DNA from: Meiothermus sp.
GTDB taxonomy: Bacteria > Deinococcota > Deinococci > Deinococcales > Thermaceae
Reading direction: 5' to 3'
DNA length: 64,000 nt
Assembly: GCA_026004095.1 (NCBI GenBank)
Contig: BPIL01000008.1
Location: 59,268 to 123,267, forward strand
The translations under genes and the position numbers were made by a program. The notes beneath the pieces are model-generated. The model did not search any database. It worked only from the letters and a program-made list of their open reading frames with translations, and was not told the origin of the DNA. This document shows positions 54,200 to 64,000 of this stretch, piece by piece. Position 1 is the stretch's first letter, and every line of letters starts with the position of its first letter.

Positions 54200-55429
54200 A
54201 TGAAAGACAAAGACCTGGAGCAACTCGAGATGGATCGGCGCACCTTTCTGAAAACAACAGCCGCTGCAGGCGCAGCAGGCCTGCTGGGTAGCAGCTTTGC
54301 CCAACAGCAGCCCACCGCCGATGCCCTGGTAGCGGGTAAAGACCGCGGCCTGATCGTACGCAACACCAACCCCATCGAGCTCGAGACCCCGGTCAGCCTT
54401 CTCCGGCAGAACCCCATCACGCCCAAGAGCGTCATGTACATCCGCAACAACCAGCCGGTGCCGGCGGGGATGACCCCCACCACCGACCCACCCCAGGTCA
54501 GCGACTGGACGGTGGAGGTCACCGGCCTCGTGGATCGCCCCACCACCCTGCGGCTATCCCAGCTCCGCACCCTCCCGGCCACGGAACTAGAGATGGTCTT
54601 GCAGTGCTCGGGCAACGGCCGGAGCTTTTTCTCCCGGTATGCCCGGGCCAGCGGCGCTCAGTGGGAGCGCGGCTCCATGGCCAACGTGCGCTGGAAAGGG
54701 GTCAAGCTCTCCAGCCTGCTCGAGGCCGTGGGTATTAAAGCCGAGGCCCGGTTCCTCACCGCCGAAGGCGCCGACCAGCCCGCCAACCCCAACGCCCCCG
54801 ATATCGAGCGCAGCATCCCGTTGTCCGACATTCTAGCCAACGGCATGCTGGTCTATGAGATGAACGACGAGCCCCTGCCCACCATACACGGGGGGCCTTT
54901 GCGCCTGATCATACCGGGGTACTACGGCATCAACAACATCAAGTGGGTCAACAAGCTGCGCCTCGAGGCCGCCCCTTCCAACAACAACACCATGATTCCC
55001 CGCTACCGCGTGCCCAACAACCCCATCGCGGTGGGCAGCAACTTCCAGTTCACCCTCGAGAACAGCCGGCCCAACTGGCGGCAAAACGTTAAGTCGGTTA
55101 TCTTCAGCCCCACCGAGGGGGAAGCTGTAAGCGGCCTGGTCAACGTAACCGGGGTGGCCTGGAACGACGGCTCGGCCCCCATCACCAGCGTGGAGGTCTC
55201 CACCAACCAGGGCCGGAGCTGGCAGGCCGCCACCCTGGAAAGGCCCTCCTCGCCCTACGGCTGGTACCGCTGGCGCATCCGGGTGCTGGTGGCTGCCGGC
55301 GACAGCGAGATCTGGTCGCGCGCCACCGATGCCCTGGGGCGCAGCCAGCCGATTGATGGGGCCATCTTCTGGAACCCCAACGGTTACGAGTGGAACGCCG
55401 TAGACAAAGTCAAGATTCGGGTGGGCTAG
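54200..55429 (+). CDS. Tat-exported sulfite oxidase-family molybdoenzyme (SorA/SoxC-like)
   Basis: DRRTFLK Tat signal, LQCSGNGR Mo-ligand Cys, HGGPLRLIIPGYYG..NIKW. Confidence 0.92.
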   Translation: MKDKDLEQLEMDRRTFLKTTAAAGAAGLLGSSFAQQQPTADALVAGKDRGLIVRNTNPIELETPVSLLRQNPITPKSVMYIRNNQPVPAGMTPTTDPPQVSDWTVEVTGLVDRPTTLRLSQLRTLPATELEMVLQCSGNGRSFFSRYARASGAQWERGSMANVRWKGVKLSSLLEAVGIKAEARFLTAEGADQPANPNAPDIERSIPLSDILANGMLVYEMNDEPLPTIHGGPLRLIIPGYYGINNIKWVNKLRLEAAPSNNNTMIPRYRVPNNPIAVGSNFQFTLENSRPNWRQNVKSVIFSPTEGEAVSGLVNVTGVAWNDGSAPITSVEVSTNQGRSWQAATLERPSSPYGWYRWRIRVLVAAGDSEIWSRATDALGRSQPIDGAIFWNPNGYEWNAVDKVKIRVG

Positions 55430-55579
55430 CCCAAATTGCCCAGTACCCAGTTGGGGTGGAAAGTTCCCATTGGGGCCTCTCCGCCCCGATCAAAGAAAGT
55501 TCGCTAGGCTTCACCAAGATGTACCCCTACCAGGTCTGCATTTAGCTTGGTAAAGCTGGTACAAAACAGTTAGGAACCA

Positions 55580-56281
55580 ATGATGAAAAAAACCTTCGTG
55601 TGGGCTTGGGTTGGACTGTGTGCTGCTCTATTCCTGGCGCTAGGGCAGGCACAGCTACCGGAGGGGCCTGGCAAGGCCCTGCTGGAGCAAAAATGCGCCG
55701 TCTGCCATGGGCTGGAAGTCGTCACCAGCCAGCGCCTGAACGCCAACGACTGGGACTTTATCGTCGGGCAGATGATCAGTTTTGGGGCCCAGGTGAACCC
55801 GGAGGAGCGCAAGACCCTTGTGGCGTATCTGGCCGAGAATTTTGGCCCACAAAGCAGCGCACCCGCCGCCCCCCAGACCACCTCGAGCGCGGCCAGCCCC
55901 AGCCAGGCCTATGCGGTGTGCCAGGGCTGCCACCAACCCAATGGAGCAGGCGTGGCCGGCGCTTTTCCACCCCTGGCCGGGCACGTCGCCGACATCCTGA
56001 ATGCCAAAGGTGGGCGGGCCTACCTGCCCCTGGTGGTTGTCAACGGCCTGCAGGGCAGCATCCGTGTAGGCGCCACCAACTACAACACCCCCATGCCGGG
56101 ATTCCCCAGCCTCAGCGATGCACAGCTCGCCGATCTGCTCAACTACATTGCCACTGCCTGGGGCAACGACCGCCTGCTCAAAGACTTCAAGCCCTACACT
56201 GCCGATGAGGTCAAAGGCCTGCGCAAACAAATGACCCCCGCGCAGGTCTACGCCGAGCGGGCCAAGCTCGAGCTCAAGTAA
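55580..56281 (+). CDS. Diheme cytochrome c (SorB-like plus c552-like domains)
   Basis: Signal peptide; CAVCH and CQGCH; GAFPPLAGH. Confidence 0.9.
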   Translation: MMKKTFVWAWVGLCAALFLALGQAQLPEGPGKALLEQKCAVCHGLEVVTSQRLNANDWDFIVGQMISFGAQVNPEERKTLVAYLAENFGPQSSAPAAPQTTSSAASPSQAYAVCQGCHQPNGAGVAGAFPPLAGHVADILNAKGGRAYLPLVVVNGLQGSIRVGATNYNTPMPGFPSLSDAQLADLLNYIATAWGNDRLLKDFKPYTADEVKGLRKQMTPAQVYAERAKLELK

Positions 56282-56282
56282 A

Positions 56283-56738
56283 ATGCCGCAACTGCTCTCC
56301 CTCCACGCTGGGCTCGCCCCCAGCCTGCCCAAACCGGCCTTATTGCAGGTTCGTCTGGTCGAGGGCCAGGGGGTGGAGGGCGACCGGCATTTTGGCAAGC
56401 ACCCCGACCGGGCGGTGCTGGTAGCGGGGCAGACCAGCTACGCTAGAGCGCGCCAGGCCGGCATCGAGCTGCCCTGGGGCGCTCTGGGCGAGAACCTGCT
56501 GATAGATTTCGACCCCCATACGCTGGGCCCGCACAGTCGGTTGAAGATTGGAACGGCGGTGCTCGAGCTCACCACCGTCTGTACGGTTTGCAACACCCTA
56601 TCGGCCTTCGACCTGCGCTTACCCAAGGTGCTCTACAACGCCCGTGGTGTCTACGCCAGAGTCCTGCAGGGCGGGCTGGTGCGGGTGGGCGACCCGGTGG
56701 AGGTGCTCACCCCAGATTCCCTGCTCCGCATGGGGTAG
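56283..56738 (+). CDS. MOSC domain protein
   Basis: GVEGD, RAV, GALGENL, CTVC, GVYARVLQGG.VRVGD. Confidence 0.9.
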   Translation: MPQLLSLHAGLAPSLPKPALLQVRLVEGQGVEGDRHFGKHPDRAVLVAGQTSYARARQAGIELPWGALGENLLIDFDPHTLGPHSRLKIGTAVLELTTVCTVCNTLSAFDLRLPKVLYNARGVYARVLQGGLVRVGDPVEVLTPDSLLRMG

Positions 56739-56747
56739 GCTGGGGTC

Positions 56748-57644
56748 ATGCGCATTCTCACAGCCGAAGAAACCGCCCAGGCCCTCCCCTACCCAGCCCT
56801 GGCCCAGGCCATCGCCGGGGTGCTCGAGGCCCGCGCCCAGGGAGCGGTTCAGGCCCCCGAGCGCCTGGTGGTGCCGCTGGCGGGTGGGGCTACCCTGCTG
56901 CTGATGCCGGCCACCGACCCCCAGATCACCGTAACCAAGCTGGTGACGGTGCACCCCCAAGAGCGCCCCAGCGTGCGGGCCGAGGTCTGGGTGATGCGCA
57001 CCGATACCGGCCAACGCCTGGCCCTGCTGGACGGCGCAGTGGTAACGGCCCGGCGCACGGCGGCGGTCTCGCTGCTGGCCGCCCAGACCCTGGCTCCCCA
57101 CCCCACCGGCACCCTGCTCGTCATCGGGGCAGGTGTGCAGGCCAGAAGCCATCTGGAGGCCTTCCAGGAGGGGCTGGGCACCGACAAGGTGTACGTGTAC
57201 TCGCGCCACTTCGAGCACGCCGAAGCCCTGGCCTCCTATGCCCGTGGGCGCGGCCTGCTGGCCCAGGCCGTGCGCAGCCTCGAGCCCGTCCTCGAGGAGG
57301 TGCGTCTGATCGTAACTGCCACCACCAGCCCCACCCCGGTGCTGCGGCAGGCCCCCTCGAGCGCCTTTATTGCCGCCGTGGGAGCCTACCGCCCCGAGAT
57401 GGCCGAGGTCGCCCCGGAGCTGGTGCGGCAGGCCCGGCTGTACGTGGATACCCTCGAGGGGGCCCGTTCGGAGGCGGGCGACCTGCTGCAAGCCGGGGTA
57501 GACTGGAACCTTGTGCAGCCGCTCGAGGCGGCCCTGCACCAGCCCCGACCGGCCTCGGGTATAGTGCTGTTCAAGAGCGTGGGCCACGCGCTTTGGGATC
57601 TGGCCGCAGCCCGCCTGGCGGTGCAAACGCTGGGCATCCGGTAA
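56748..57644 (+). CDS. Ornithine cyclodeaminase/mu-crystallin family protein
   Basis: KLVTVHP, TARRTAAVS, IGAGVQA, FKSVGHALWDLAAA. Confidence 0.9.
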   Translation: MRILTAEETAQALPYPALAQAIAGVLEARAQGAVQAPERLVVPLAGGATLLLMPATDPQITVTKLVTVHPQERPSVRAEVWVMRTDTGQRLALLDGAVVTARRTAAVSLLAAQTLAPHPTGTLLVIGAGVQARSHLEAFQEGLGTDKVYVYSRHFEHAEALASYARGRGLLAQAVRSLEPVLEEVRLIVTATTSPTPVLRQAPSSAFIAAVGAYRPEMAEVAPELVRQARLYVDTLEGARSEAGDLLQAGVDWNLVQPLEAALHQPRPASGIVLFKSVGHALWDLAAARLAVQTLGIR

Positions 57645-57654
57645 TCTGGTAGGC

Positions 57655-57984
57655 ATGTACCTCACGGTTTTTTGCACCGTCCCCGACCTCGAGACCGCCC
57701 GGCGCATCGCCCATACGGTAGTACACGAGGAACTGGCGGCCTGTGTCAACCTCCTGCCGGGCCTCACCTCGGTCTATCGCTGGCAGGGGCAGGTGGAGGA
57801 AAGCAGCGAGCTGCTGCTCATCATCAAAACCCGCCAGGAGCGCTACCCAGCCCTGGAAGCCCGCATCCAAGCGCTGCATCCCTACCAGGTGCCCGAGATT
57901 ATCGCCCTTGCCATCGAGCGGGGGTCGGTGAGCTACCTGGATTGGATCAGCGAGAACACCGGGACAGGCAGCGGCGGGGGTTAA
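57655..57984 (+). CDS. cutA: Divalent cation tolerance protein
   Basis: LAACVN, SVYRWQG, HPYQVPEII, YLDWI. Confidence 0.95.
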   Translation: MYLTVFCTVPDLETARRIAHTVVHEELAACVNLLPGLTSVYRWQGQVEESSELLLIIKTRQERYPALEARIQALHPYQVPEIIALAIERGSVSYLDWISENTGTGSGGG

Positions 57985-58007
57985 CCCCCAGCCACGCGCG
58001 GCTGTCG

Positions 58008-59879
58008 CTATACCCGAAGCTTGCCCAGGGCCAAAAGCCCCTGCACCGGATGCTTGCGGTCAATCTCCTGAAGAAGCCGCAGCATATACACCACCGCCGC
58101 CGCGTCCCAGGCCTGGGGCCTGCAAGAAGCCGGGTAGGGCACCGGCGGCTCCCCCTCCTGCTTGGGGTAGCCCCCTACCAGCTCCGGCAGGCGCCCGTCG
58201 GGCTGGCTCATGGCTAAGCGGAAGAGGGCCTCCATGGCCCGCAGGGCCTCTTGGTAAAAGCCGTAGCGCACCAGCCCCCCAATCAACAGCGCGTTGTCGT
58301 GCGGCCAGACCGAGCCGTTGTGGTACGAGAGCGGGTTGTAGCGCACCTCCCCCGCGCCCAGCGTGCGCACCCCCCAGCCGCTAAAAAGCGCCTCGGAGAA
58401 AAGGGTCTCGACCAGTTGGGGGGCCACCTCCTCCGGCACGATGCCGCTCCACAGCAGGTGGCCGGGGTTGGAGGTGAGGATGGCCATGGGTTTTTTCTGG
58501 CCGTCTAAGCCGGCTGCGTAGGTCTTCAATTCCGGCAGCCAGAACTTCTGGTGAAAAAGGGTTCGGAGGGTCTGGGCTCGAGACTCCCATGCCTCGGCCT
58601 GACCGGTCTGGCCCAGCGCCCGGTAAAACGCCGCCGCCGACTGATAGGCCATATAGGCATAGCCCTGTACTTCGCAAACCGCAATGGCCCCCTGGGCCAG
58701 CGAGCCGTCGCGGTGGCTCTGGGAGTCGAAGGAGTCTTTCCAGGACTGCACCAGGTGGCCCTTCTGGGTGTTGGGGGCGTACTCCAGAAAGCCGTCCTGG
58801 TCGGGGTCGGCGTAGTCGGTCATCCAGGCCAGGGCGGCCTCCCAGTGGGGCTGCAAGCGGCGCACAAAGGCCATATCGCCGCTGTCTTTCCAGTACCGGT
58901 GCAGCAGGATGACAAACAGCGGGGTGGCATCCACGGTGCCGTAGTAGCGGGCAAAGGGCACCTGGCCGGTGCGCGAAAGCTCGCCTAAGCGCATCTCGTG
59001 GATGATCTTGCCGGGGGTCTCGTCCAAAAACGGGTTCACCTCCCGGCCCTGGTACCTGGCGAGGTAGGTCAGCACCCCCTGGGTTACGTCGCTGGCCCAG
59101 GGCTGCATCATGTAGGCCGTCAGCAGGGAGTCGCGGCCAAAAGGGCAGACATACCAGGGAATCCCCGCCGCCGGGAACAGCCCCTCGGGTAGCGAGAAAA
59201 GCAGCGCCCGCAGGTCGCTGATGGCCTGCTCCAGAACCCGCTGGCTGCGCCCGCTTTCCATGTGCAGGGGAAAGCGCTGCCGCCACTCCTGGTAGCTGGG
59301 CAGGGGTGGGGTGTGGGGCTCGAAGGGGCTTTCGAAGCGGCTTTTCAGGTGCAAAAGAACTTTCTGCTTGGGGAGCAGGTCGAAGCGCCAGGTGTACACC
59401 GCGCCGCCCTCGAGCGCTGTTTCCTGAACGGGCGGGGGGTCGAAGGTGAGGCGGGTAGCCAGCCGCAGGCCGTCTGGGGCGGTGTACTCGAGGCCCTCCA
59501 GCCGCCGCTCCACCCTGTGCCAGCCCTTGGCCTCGAAAAGGTCGGCAAAGTCGGCCTGGGCCTGCAGGGCAATCTCCAAAGTCTGGGCTTCCAGTGCGGT
59601 GTTCTCCAGTTCCAGCCGCTCCCAGAACCCACCCCGCTCCATCTGGAGTTCCCGCCGCACCCCCACCACCTGGTCGGGGCCTTTAATCCAGCTCCAGTGC
59701 TGCACCAACCGGTCGGGGCGGGGGCTGTGCGAGAGCAGCAGGCGAAAGCCCGGCAGCACCCAGGTGTAGCTCGAGAGGTAACGGGTATCGTGCCGGTAAA
59801 AGCCCTGCTCCCCTGCTTCCACCAGGCCCTGGTCTGATAAAACTGCGTAAGTGTCGTCTTCTTTGAGCGGAAGCATCAA
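58008..59879 (-). CDS. Amylo-alpha-1,6-glucosidase (glycogen debranching enzyme family)
   Basis: AGIPWY..FGRDS, PGKIIHE, YYGTVDAT, YHNGSVWPHD, CRPQAW. Confidence 0.92.
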   Translation of the reverse strand: MMLPLKEDDTYAVLSDQGLVEAGEQGFYRHDTRYLSSYTWVLPGFRLLLSHSPRPDRLVQHWSWIKGPDQVVGVRRELQMERGGFWERLELENTALEAQTLEIALQAQADFADLFEAKGWHRVERRLEGLEYTAPDGLRLATRLTFDPPPVQETALEGGAVYTWRFDLLPKQKVLLHLKSRFESPFEPHTPPLPSYQEWRQRFPLHMESGRSQRVLEQAISDLRALLFSLPEGLFPAAGIPWYVCPFGRDSLLTAYMMQPWASDVTQGVLTYLARYQGREVNPFLDETPGKIIHEMRLGELSRTGQVPFARYYGTVDATPLFVILLHRYWKDSGDMAFVRRLQPHWEAALAWMTDYADPDQDGFLEYAPNTQKGHLVQSWKDSFDSQSHRDGSLAQGAIAVCEVQGYAYMAYQSAAAFYRALGQTGQAEAWESRAQTLRTLFHQKFWLPELKTYAAGLDGQKKPMAILTSNPGHLLWSGIVPEEVAPQLVETLFSEALFSGWGVRTLGAGEVRYNPLSYHNGSVWPHDNALLIGGLVRYGFYQEALRAMEALFRLAMSQPDGRLPELVGGYPKQEGEPPVPYPASCRPQAWDAAAVVYMLRLLQEIDRKHPVQGLLALGKLRV

Positions 59880-59943
59880 ACAACCTCATCCATAAGGTAT
59901 TTTCCCGGGCTTGGCCTCTGGTTTCCGACGGGGGAGGCCGGCC

Positions 59944-61326
59944 TCATCCCTTGAGCGCACTGGTGGAGACCCCTTCCACAAAGTAGCGCTGGAAGACCAC
60001 GAACAAGATGATAATGGGAATCATGGAAAGAAAGGCGCTGGCCAGCATCAGGCCCCAGTCGCCCGCCACCCCGTAGGCGCTGCGGAAGAAGGAAAGGCCC
60101 AGGGGCAGGGTGTAGCTGGCCTGCTGGCCCGAGAGCACCACCGCCGCCTTGAAGAACTCGTTCCACATGCCCTGAAAGGTCAGGATGGTCAGCGCCCCCA
60201 GCGCGGGCGCGGCCATGGGCAGGATGATGCGGAAAAAGGTGGTGACGGGGGTGGCGCCATCCATCAGGGCGGCCTCCTCGATCTCGCGGGGGATGGACTC
60301 GAAGAACTGCTTCATGATAAACACCGCCCCGGCCCCCACCGCGCTCCAGACAATCATGCCCCACAGGCTCCCCAGCAGGCCCAGGTCGCGCAGCACCAGG
60401 TAGTTGGAGATGAAGGTGGCCTGGCTGGGCACGGTCATGCTAAAGACGATGAAAGCGAACAGATAGTTTTTGCCCGGCAGGTACATGCGGGCCAGGGCGT
60501 AGCCCCCCAGCGAGGCAAAGAGCAGGGTGGTGAGCACCACCGCCAGGCTCACAAAAAAGCTATTGGCCGTCCAGCGCAAAAAGAAGCTGGCCCCGGTGTT
60601 GGGGTCGCGGGCCTCGTTGAAGACCCGCACATAGTTGCGGAAAACATAGCCAAAGAAGCCCGGCGTCACGCTGTCCCAGCTCGCCACCCGTCCGCGGCGC
60701 TCGAGGCGGTTGGGGTCGAGGGTGGCCGCGTAGTACTGCTGGCCCCTGGGGGCCTCCACATCCAGGGGCAGGCGGGGAACGGTCGGCTGGTTGGCCGTGG
60801 CATCGCCCTTGGGATAGCGGATGGTGAAGGCGTAGGTCACAATCTGGCCCGGTCGACCGCCCACCACCGCCGGACGGCGGTTCACCTCCTGCACCTCGGA
60901 AACCTGGGCGTACTGGGCCGCCTGCACCTCATCGAAGATGGCCCCCAGGCCGGCCCCGGCCCGCCGGGTGGGCACCGTGACGGTAGGGGGCTCGGGCTCC
61001 TGGCCCTCCTCCAAAAAATAGCTGATCTGGAAGGGAATCTCGGCGCCGGGTGCAAACCCCCCCGTCCAGGGGTTGCCCGCACCCAACTGCCCCAGCCGCC
61101 AGGCCGCCGCCCAGTTTTTGGGCTGGGTCTGGGCAAAGCTGTAGCGGAAGGGCCACTCCAGGGGGTTGTCCTTCAGACTGCCAAGAAACGCCACGTAAAA
61201 GGGTCCAATGAAGAAAACCGCCAGCGCCAGCATGGCGCCATACACCCAGCCGGCCCGTGCCCAGCGCTGGCGGGCCAGGTGGCGCTCGTCCAGTTTGCGC
61301 ACCGGTCGGATCGCTTGTGTCGCCAT
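59944..61326 (-). CDS. Carbohydrate ABC permease (MalG-like, large periplasmic insert)
   Basis: EEAALMDGA loop, WNEFF, FQRYFVEG. Confidence 0.92.
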   Translation of the reverse strand: MATQAIRPVRKLDERHLARQRWARAGWVYGAMLALAVFFIGPFYVAFLGSLKDNPLEWPFRYSFAQTQPKNWAAAWRLGQLGAGNPWTGGFAPGAEIPFQISYFLEEGQEPEPPTVTVPTRRAGAGLGAIFDEVQAAQYAQVSEVQEVNRRPAVVGGRPGQIVTYAFTIRYPKGDATANQPTVPRLPLDVEAPRGQQYYAATLDPNRLERRGRVASWDSVTPGFFGYVFRNYVRVFNEARDPNTGASFFLRWTANSFFVSLAVVLTTLLFASLGGYALARMYLPGKNYLFAFIVFSMTVPSQATFISNYLVLRDLGLLGSLWGMIVWSAVGAGAVFIMKQFFESIPREIEEAALMDGATPVTTFFRIILPMAAPALGALTILTFQGMWNEFFKAAVVLSGQQASYTLPLGLSFFRSAYGVAGDWGLMLASAFLSMIPIIILFVVFQRYFVEGVSTSALKG

Positions 61327-61336
61327 CCCACACCCC

Positions 61337-62428
61337 CTAGTGGGCCTTCTCCGAGACGCCCAGGGCCCGTTGCAAAAGCACAATGGCGAAGGTCAGCCCG
61401 GCCAGAATCAGGGCCGCCGCCGAGGCCAACCCCACCTGGCCCTCCCCGCTAAACACGTTGTTGTAGACGTAATAGGCCAGCACGATAATCGAGTCCAGCG
61501 GGGCCGCGTCGCCCATCAGGGCCACCTGGTCGAACATCTGCAAGGTGCCAATGAGCGACAAAGTAATCACCAAAAAAGTCACCGGGCGCAGCATGGGCAC
61601 GGTCACGCTAAAGAACTGCTGCAACGGGGTTGCACCGTCAATGGAGGCCGCCTCATAGAGGCTCTTGGGAATGTCCTGCAAGCCTGCTAAAAAAATCAGC
61701 ATCAGGGTGGGGATGGTGGTGAAGGTGTTGAGGATAACAATGCTCCAAAGCGGGATGGGAATCCCCAGAAAGCGGTCGGGGTTGGTAAGCCAGGTGAACT
61801 CGGGGGGACGGGCCTCGAGGGGCCGCACCACCCCCAGCCCCACCAGCCCCCAGGTGAGGGCCAGCGCCACCACCAGCGAGATGGTGGCCAGGGCCGGGTC
61901 GAGCCAGGGCACCGGCACCCCCCGCCAGCGTTCCCAGCCCACCTGCACCGCCTGGGCCAGCGCAAAGAGGCCCCCAAAGGCCAGGAGCACCGGGGCCACC
62001 GAGCCGATATACCCAATAAAGGTGTTCAGGAAACCGGTTTTCTGGAAAAACCAGATGGCAATTACCGTCACGGCAGCCGAGGAGAGCACGCTGGGGATGT
62101 AGTAAACCGTGCGGAAAAAGGTAATCCCGCGCAGCCGCTGGTTGAGCACCGCCGCCAGGGCCAGCGCTAAGAAGGTTTGCAGGGTGGTGACCACCAGCAT
62201 AAAGCTGATGGAGTGGGTGAGGGCGGCCAGAAAGCGCGGCTCGCGGAAGAGCTCCACGAAGTTCGAGAAGCCCACAAACCGGCTCGACTGCCCAATCAGG
62301 GTGGCATCAGTAAAGCTAAAGCCCACCGTGCGGACAAAGGCAAAGACGAAGAAAATACCCAGGTGAATCAGAAACGGGGCCAGAAACAGCAGCGCATACA
62401 GCGCTTCGGTTCGTTGCGAACGAAGCAT
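61337..62428 (-). CDS. Carbohydrate ABC permease (MalF-like)
   Basis: FRTVYYIP, LYEAASIDGA, FDQV. Confidence 0.93.
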   Translation of the reverse strand: MLRSQRTEALYALLFLAPFLIHLGIFFVFAFVRTVGFSFTDATLIGQSSRFVGFSNFVELFREPRFLAALTHSISFMLVVTTLQTFLALALAAVLNQRLRGITFFRTVYYIPSVLSSAAVTVIAIWFFQKTGFLNTFIGYIGSVAPVLLAFGGLFALAQAVQVGWERWRGVPVPWLDPALATISLVVALALTWGLVGLGVVRPLEARPPEFTWLTNPDRFLGIPIPLWSIVILNTFTTIPTLMLIFLAGLQDIPKSLYEAASIDGATPLQQFFSVTVPMLRPVTFLVITLSLIGTLQMFDQVALMGDAAPLDSIIVLAYYVYNNVFSGEGQVGLASAAALILAGLTFAIVLLQRALGVSEKAH

Positions 62429-62445
62429 GCACACCCCCTAAGGGC

Positions 62446-62470
62446 TGGAGCAGGGCCGGGCCCTGCTCCA
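62446..62470. other. Intergenic hairpin after the substrate-binding protein gene
   Basis: TGGAGCAGGGC-CGG-GCCCTGCTCCA; position typical of mRNA-stabilising stems in ABC operons. Confidence 0.6.
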
Positions 62471-62484
62471 CAAATCAACAACCT

Positions 62485-63717
62485 TTAGCGGACGATGCGG
62501 TTCAGCTCGGCCTGGGCGTCGGCAATGGCCTGATCCACCGACTTCTTGCCGGTAATCACCGCCTGCAAGGCCTCGTTGATGGGACGCATCCAGTTACCCC
62601 CGTCCAGCGCACCAAACTTGAAGGGCAGCACCGCCCCGCCCACACCGGTCGAGCCCTGGAAGACCACCCGGTTCAGTTCGTTTTCCTTGCCGGGGCGCTG
62701 GAAAATGGGGCTGTTGGCCAGCGCGCTGCGGCTGGGCAGGGCCAGCCCGCGGGAGAGAATCCAGTTCTGGGCCTCGGGGCTGGTGAGGGCCCGCAACACC
62801 TTGGCCGCCGCCTCCTTGTTCTTGGAGGCCGCGTTCATGCTCCAGGAAACCGTAAATATGAAATTGCCCCGCTGCTTGGTGACCGGGTCGAGGGGAATCA
62901 GGGTGGTGCCATAGCGCATGTTGGGGGCTTTGTCGCGCAGGAAGCCGCCGATCCAGGCCCCCTCGATAGCCACCGCGGCCTTCTCGGCCCCAAAGCAGCC
63001 GCCCGTCCAGCCCTCGCCCAGATCCTGGGCGTACTTACCGGCCCCATCCTTGACCAGGCTGGTGTACCACTCGAAGGCCCGGCGGAAGTTGGCGTCCAGT
63101 ACGGTGCGGCCCTGGGCGTTGAAGGGCCGCCAGCCGGTGGCGTAGGCGAAGGCCCCGAAGCGGGCATGGTCGGCCACCACGCAAAGCCCGGCCACATCCT
63201 TGAGGGCAGCCTGTACGCGCTTGAGCTTGTCCTTGAAGGTCTCCCAGGTGTCGGTCTGGTTGGGGTAGGGCACCTTGGCCTCGTCGAAGAGGTCTTTGTT
63301 GAACTGCACAGCCAGGGTGTTGAAGTCCTTGGGCAGGCCGTAGACGTTGCCGCGCAGGGTGAAGGCATTCAGCAGGTTGCGGTTGAAAACGGCCAGCTCC
63401 TGTGGGGTGAAGTATTTATTCAGGGGCTCCACCCGGCCCGAAGCGAACAGGGGCTCCGACCAGAAGATGTCCACATAAAAGAGGTCGGCGGCAGTGCCTG
63501 CCGAAAGGGCGTTGAGCAAAGCCGCGCGGTAATCGCCCTCGATGCCCTGGTACTCGGCCCGGATGCCTTCTTTCTCCAGGGCCGGGTTTACAATCTCCCG
63601 CACCAGGCTGCTGATGATGGCGGTATCGTTTCCGCCGAAACCTTGTAGCTTGACCACCGTTTGCGCCGAGGCCAGGCCCAGCACAGCCAGGGCCAGGGTT
63701 GCCAGTATTTTCTTCAT
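62485..63717 (-). CDS. Sugar ABC transporter substrate-binding protein
   Basis: Signal peptide; YGLPKDFNTLAVQFNKDLF, KNKEAA. Confidence 0.93.
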   Translation of the reverse strand: MKKILATLALAVLGLASAQTVVKLQGFGGNDTAIISSLVREIVNPALEKEGIRAEYQGIEGDYRAALLNALSAGTAADLFYVDIFWSEPLFASGRVEPLNKYFTPQELAVFNRNLLNAFTLRGNVYGLPKDFNTLAVQFNKDLFDEAKVPYPNQTDTWETFKDKLKRVQAALKDVAGLCVVADHARFGAFAYATGWRPFNAQGRTVLDANFRRAFEWYTSLVKDGAGKYAQDLGEGWTGGCFGAEKAAVAIEGAWIGGFLRDKAPNMRYGTTLIPLDPVTKQRGNFIFTVSWSMNAASKNKEAAAKVLRALTSPEAQNWILSRGLALPSRSALANSPIFQRPGKENELNRVVFQGSTGVGGAVLPFKFGALDGGNWMRPINEALQAVITGKKSVDQAIADAQAELNRIVR

Positions 63718-63779
63718 GGGTTCCTCCTACAAAAAAGACGCTATTGACCAGCCTAAGCCGCTTTTGTTGGGGTATATGC

Positions 63780-64000
63780 TTATCCTTCCACCTCCTTCAG
63801 GCAGGTGGTACCGCGCACCACCAGGCGCACCGGCACCCGTATTCCATGGGGGGCCGCCCCTGCCAGGGCCTCTTTGAGTAGACGGGCCGTGGTACGGGCA
63901 ATCTCCGCGATATCCTGCCGCACGGTGGTGAGCTGTTCGCCCACCTCGGGCAGGTCGTCGTAGCCCACCAGCGAGACGTCCTGGGGCACCCGCTGGCCCA
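63780..64000 (-). CDS. LacI-family regulator, C-terminal part (truncated by window)
   Basis: VPQDVSLVGYDD, LTTVRQD, LVVRGT. Confidence 0.9.
   Translation of the reverse strand, partial: GQRVPQDVSLVGYDDLPEVGEQLTTVRQDIAEIARTTARLLKEALAGAAPHGIRVPVRLVVRGTTCLKEVEG

Noticed and set aside
46886-54615. Long alternative-frame ORFs over gyrA, mutS and mutL (580, 728, 507, 461 aa)
   Set aside because: They fully overlap well-supported genes and have the biased composition expected from GC-rich codon usage

Overview
High-GC bacterial chromosome segment; gene content and style point to Deinococcota, most likely Meiothermus (inference). It is mostly housekeeping: aceEF, trmB, nth, proS, apgM, carD, TPP-riboswitch thiBP, ispDE, uppP, ubiX, ftsX/envC, tRNA-Ile, tRNA-Pro, glpK, gyrA, mutSL, a sulfite oxidase/cytochrome c cluster and a sugar ABC operon. 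The standout is an accessory locus at 13.2-24.1 kb. A BTAD(SARP)-AAA-TPR regulator is followed by four transcription units: an unannotated 59-aa ORF plus an exported hydrolase, then three unrelated lipoproteins. Each unit is preceded by the same box, CTGAGACGCYGGTGTAAYG (two heptamers with an 11-bp period), and a TAnnCT -10 hexamer starts exactly 28 bp after the box start, which is the geometry known for SARP-activated promoters. Also noted: a 1-nt frameshift cutting the lipoprotein signal off an S8 protease, HAIR-like and RDRM-like operators, an integrase relic at tRNA-Ile and a palindromic repeat element. All calls are by eye; no database searches were run.
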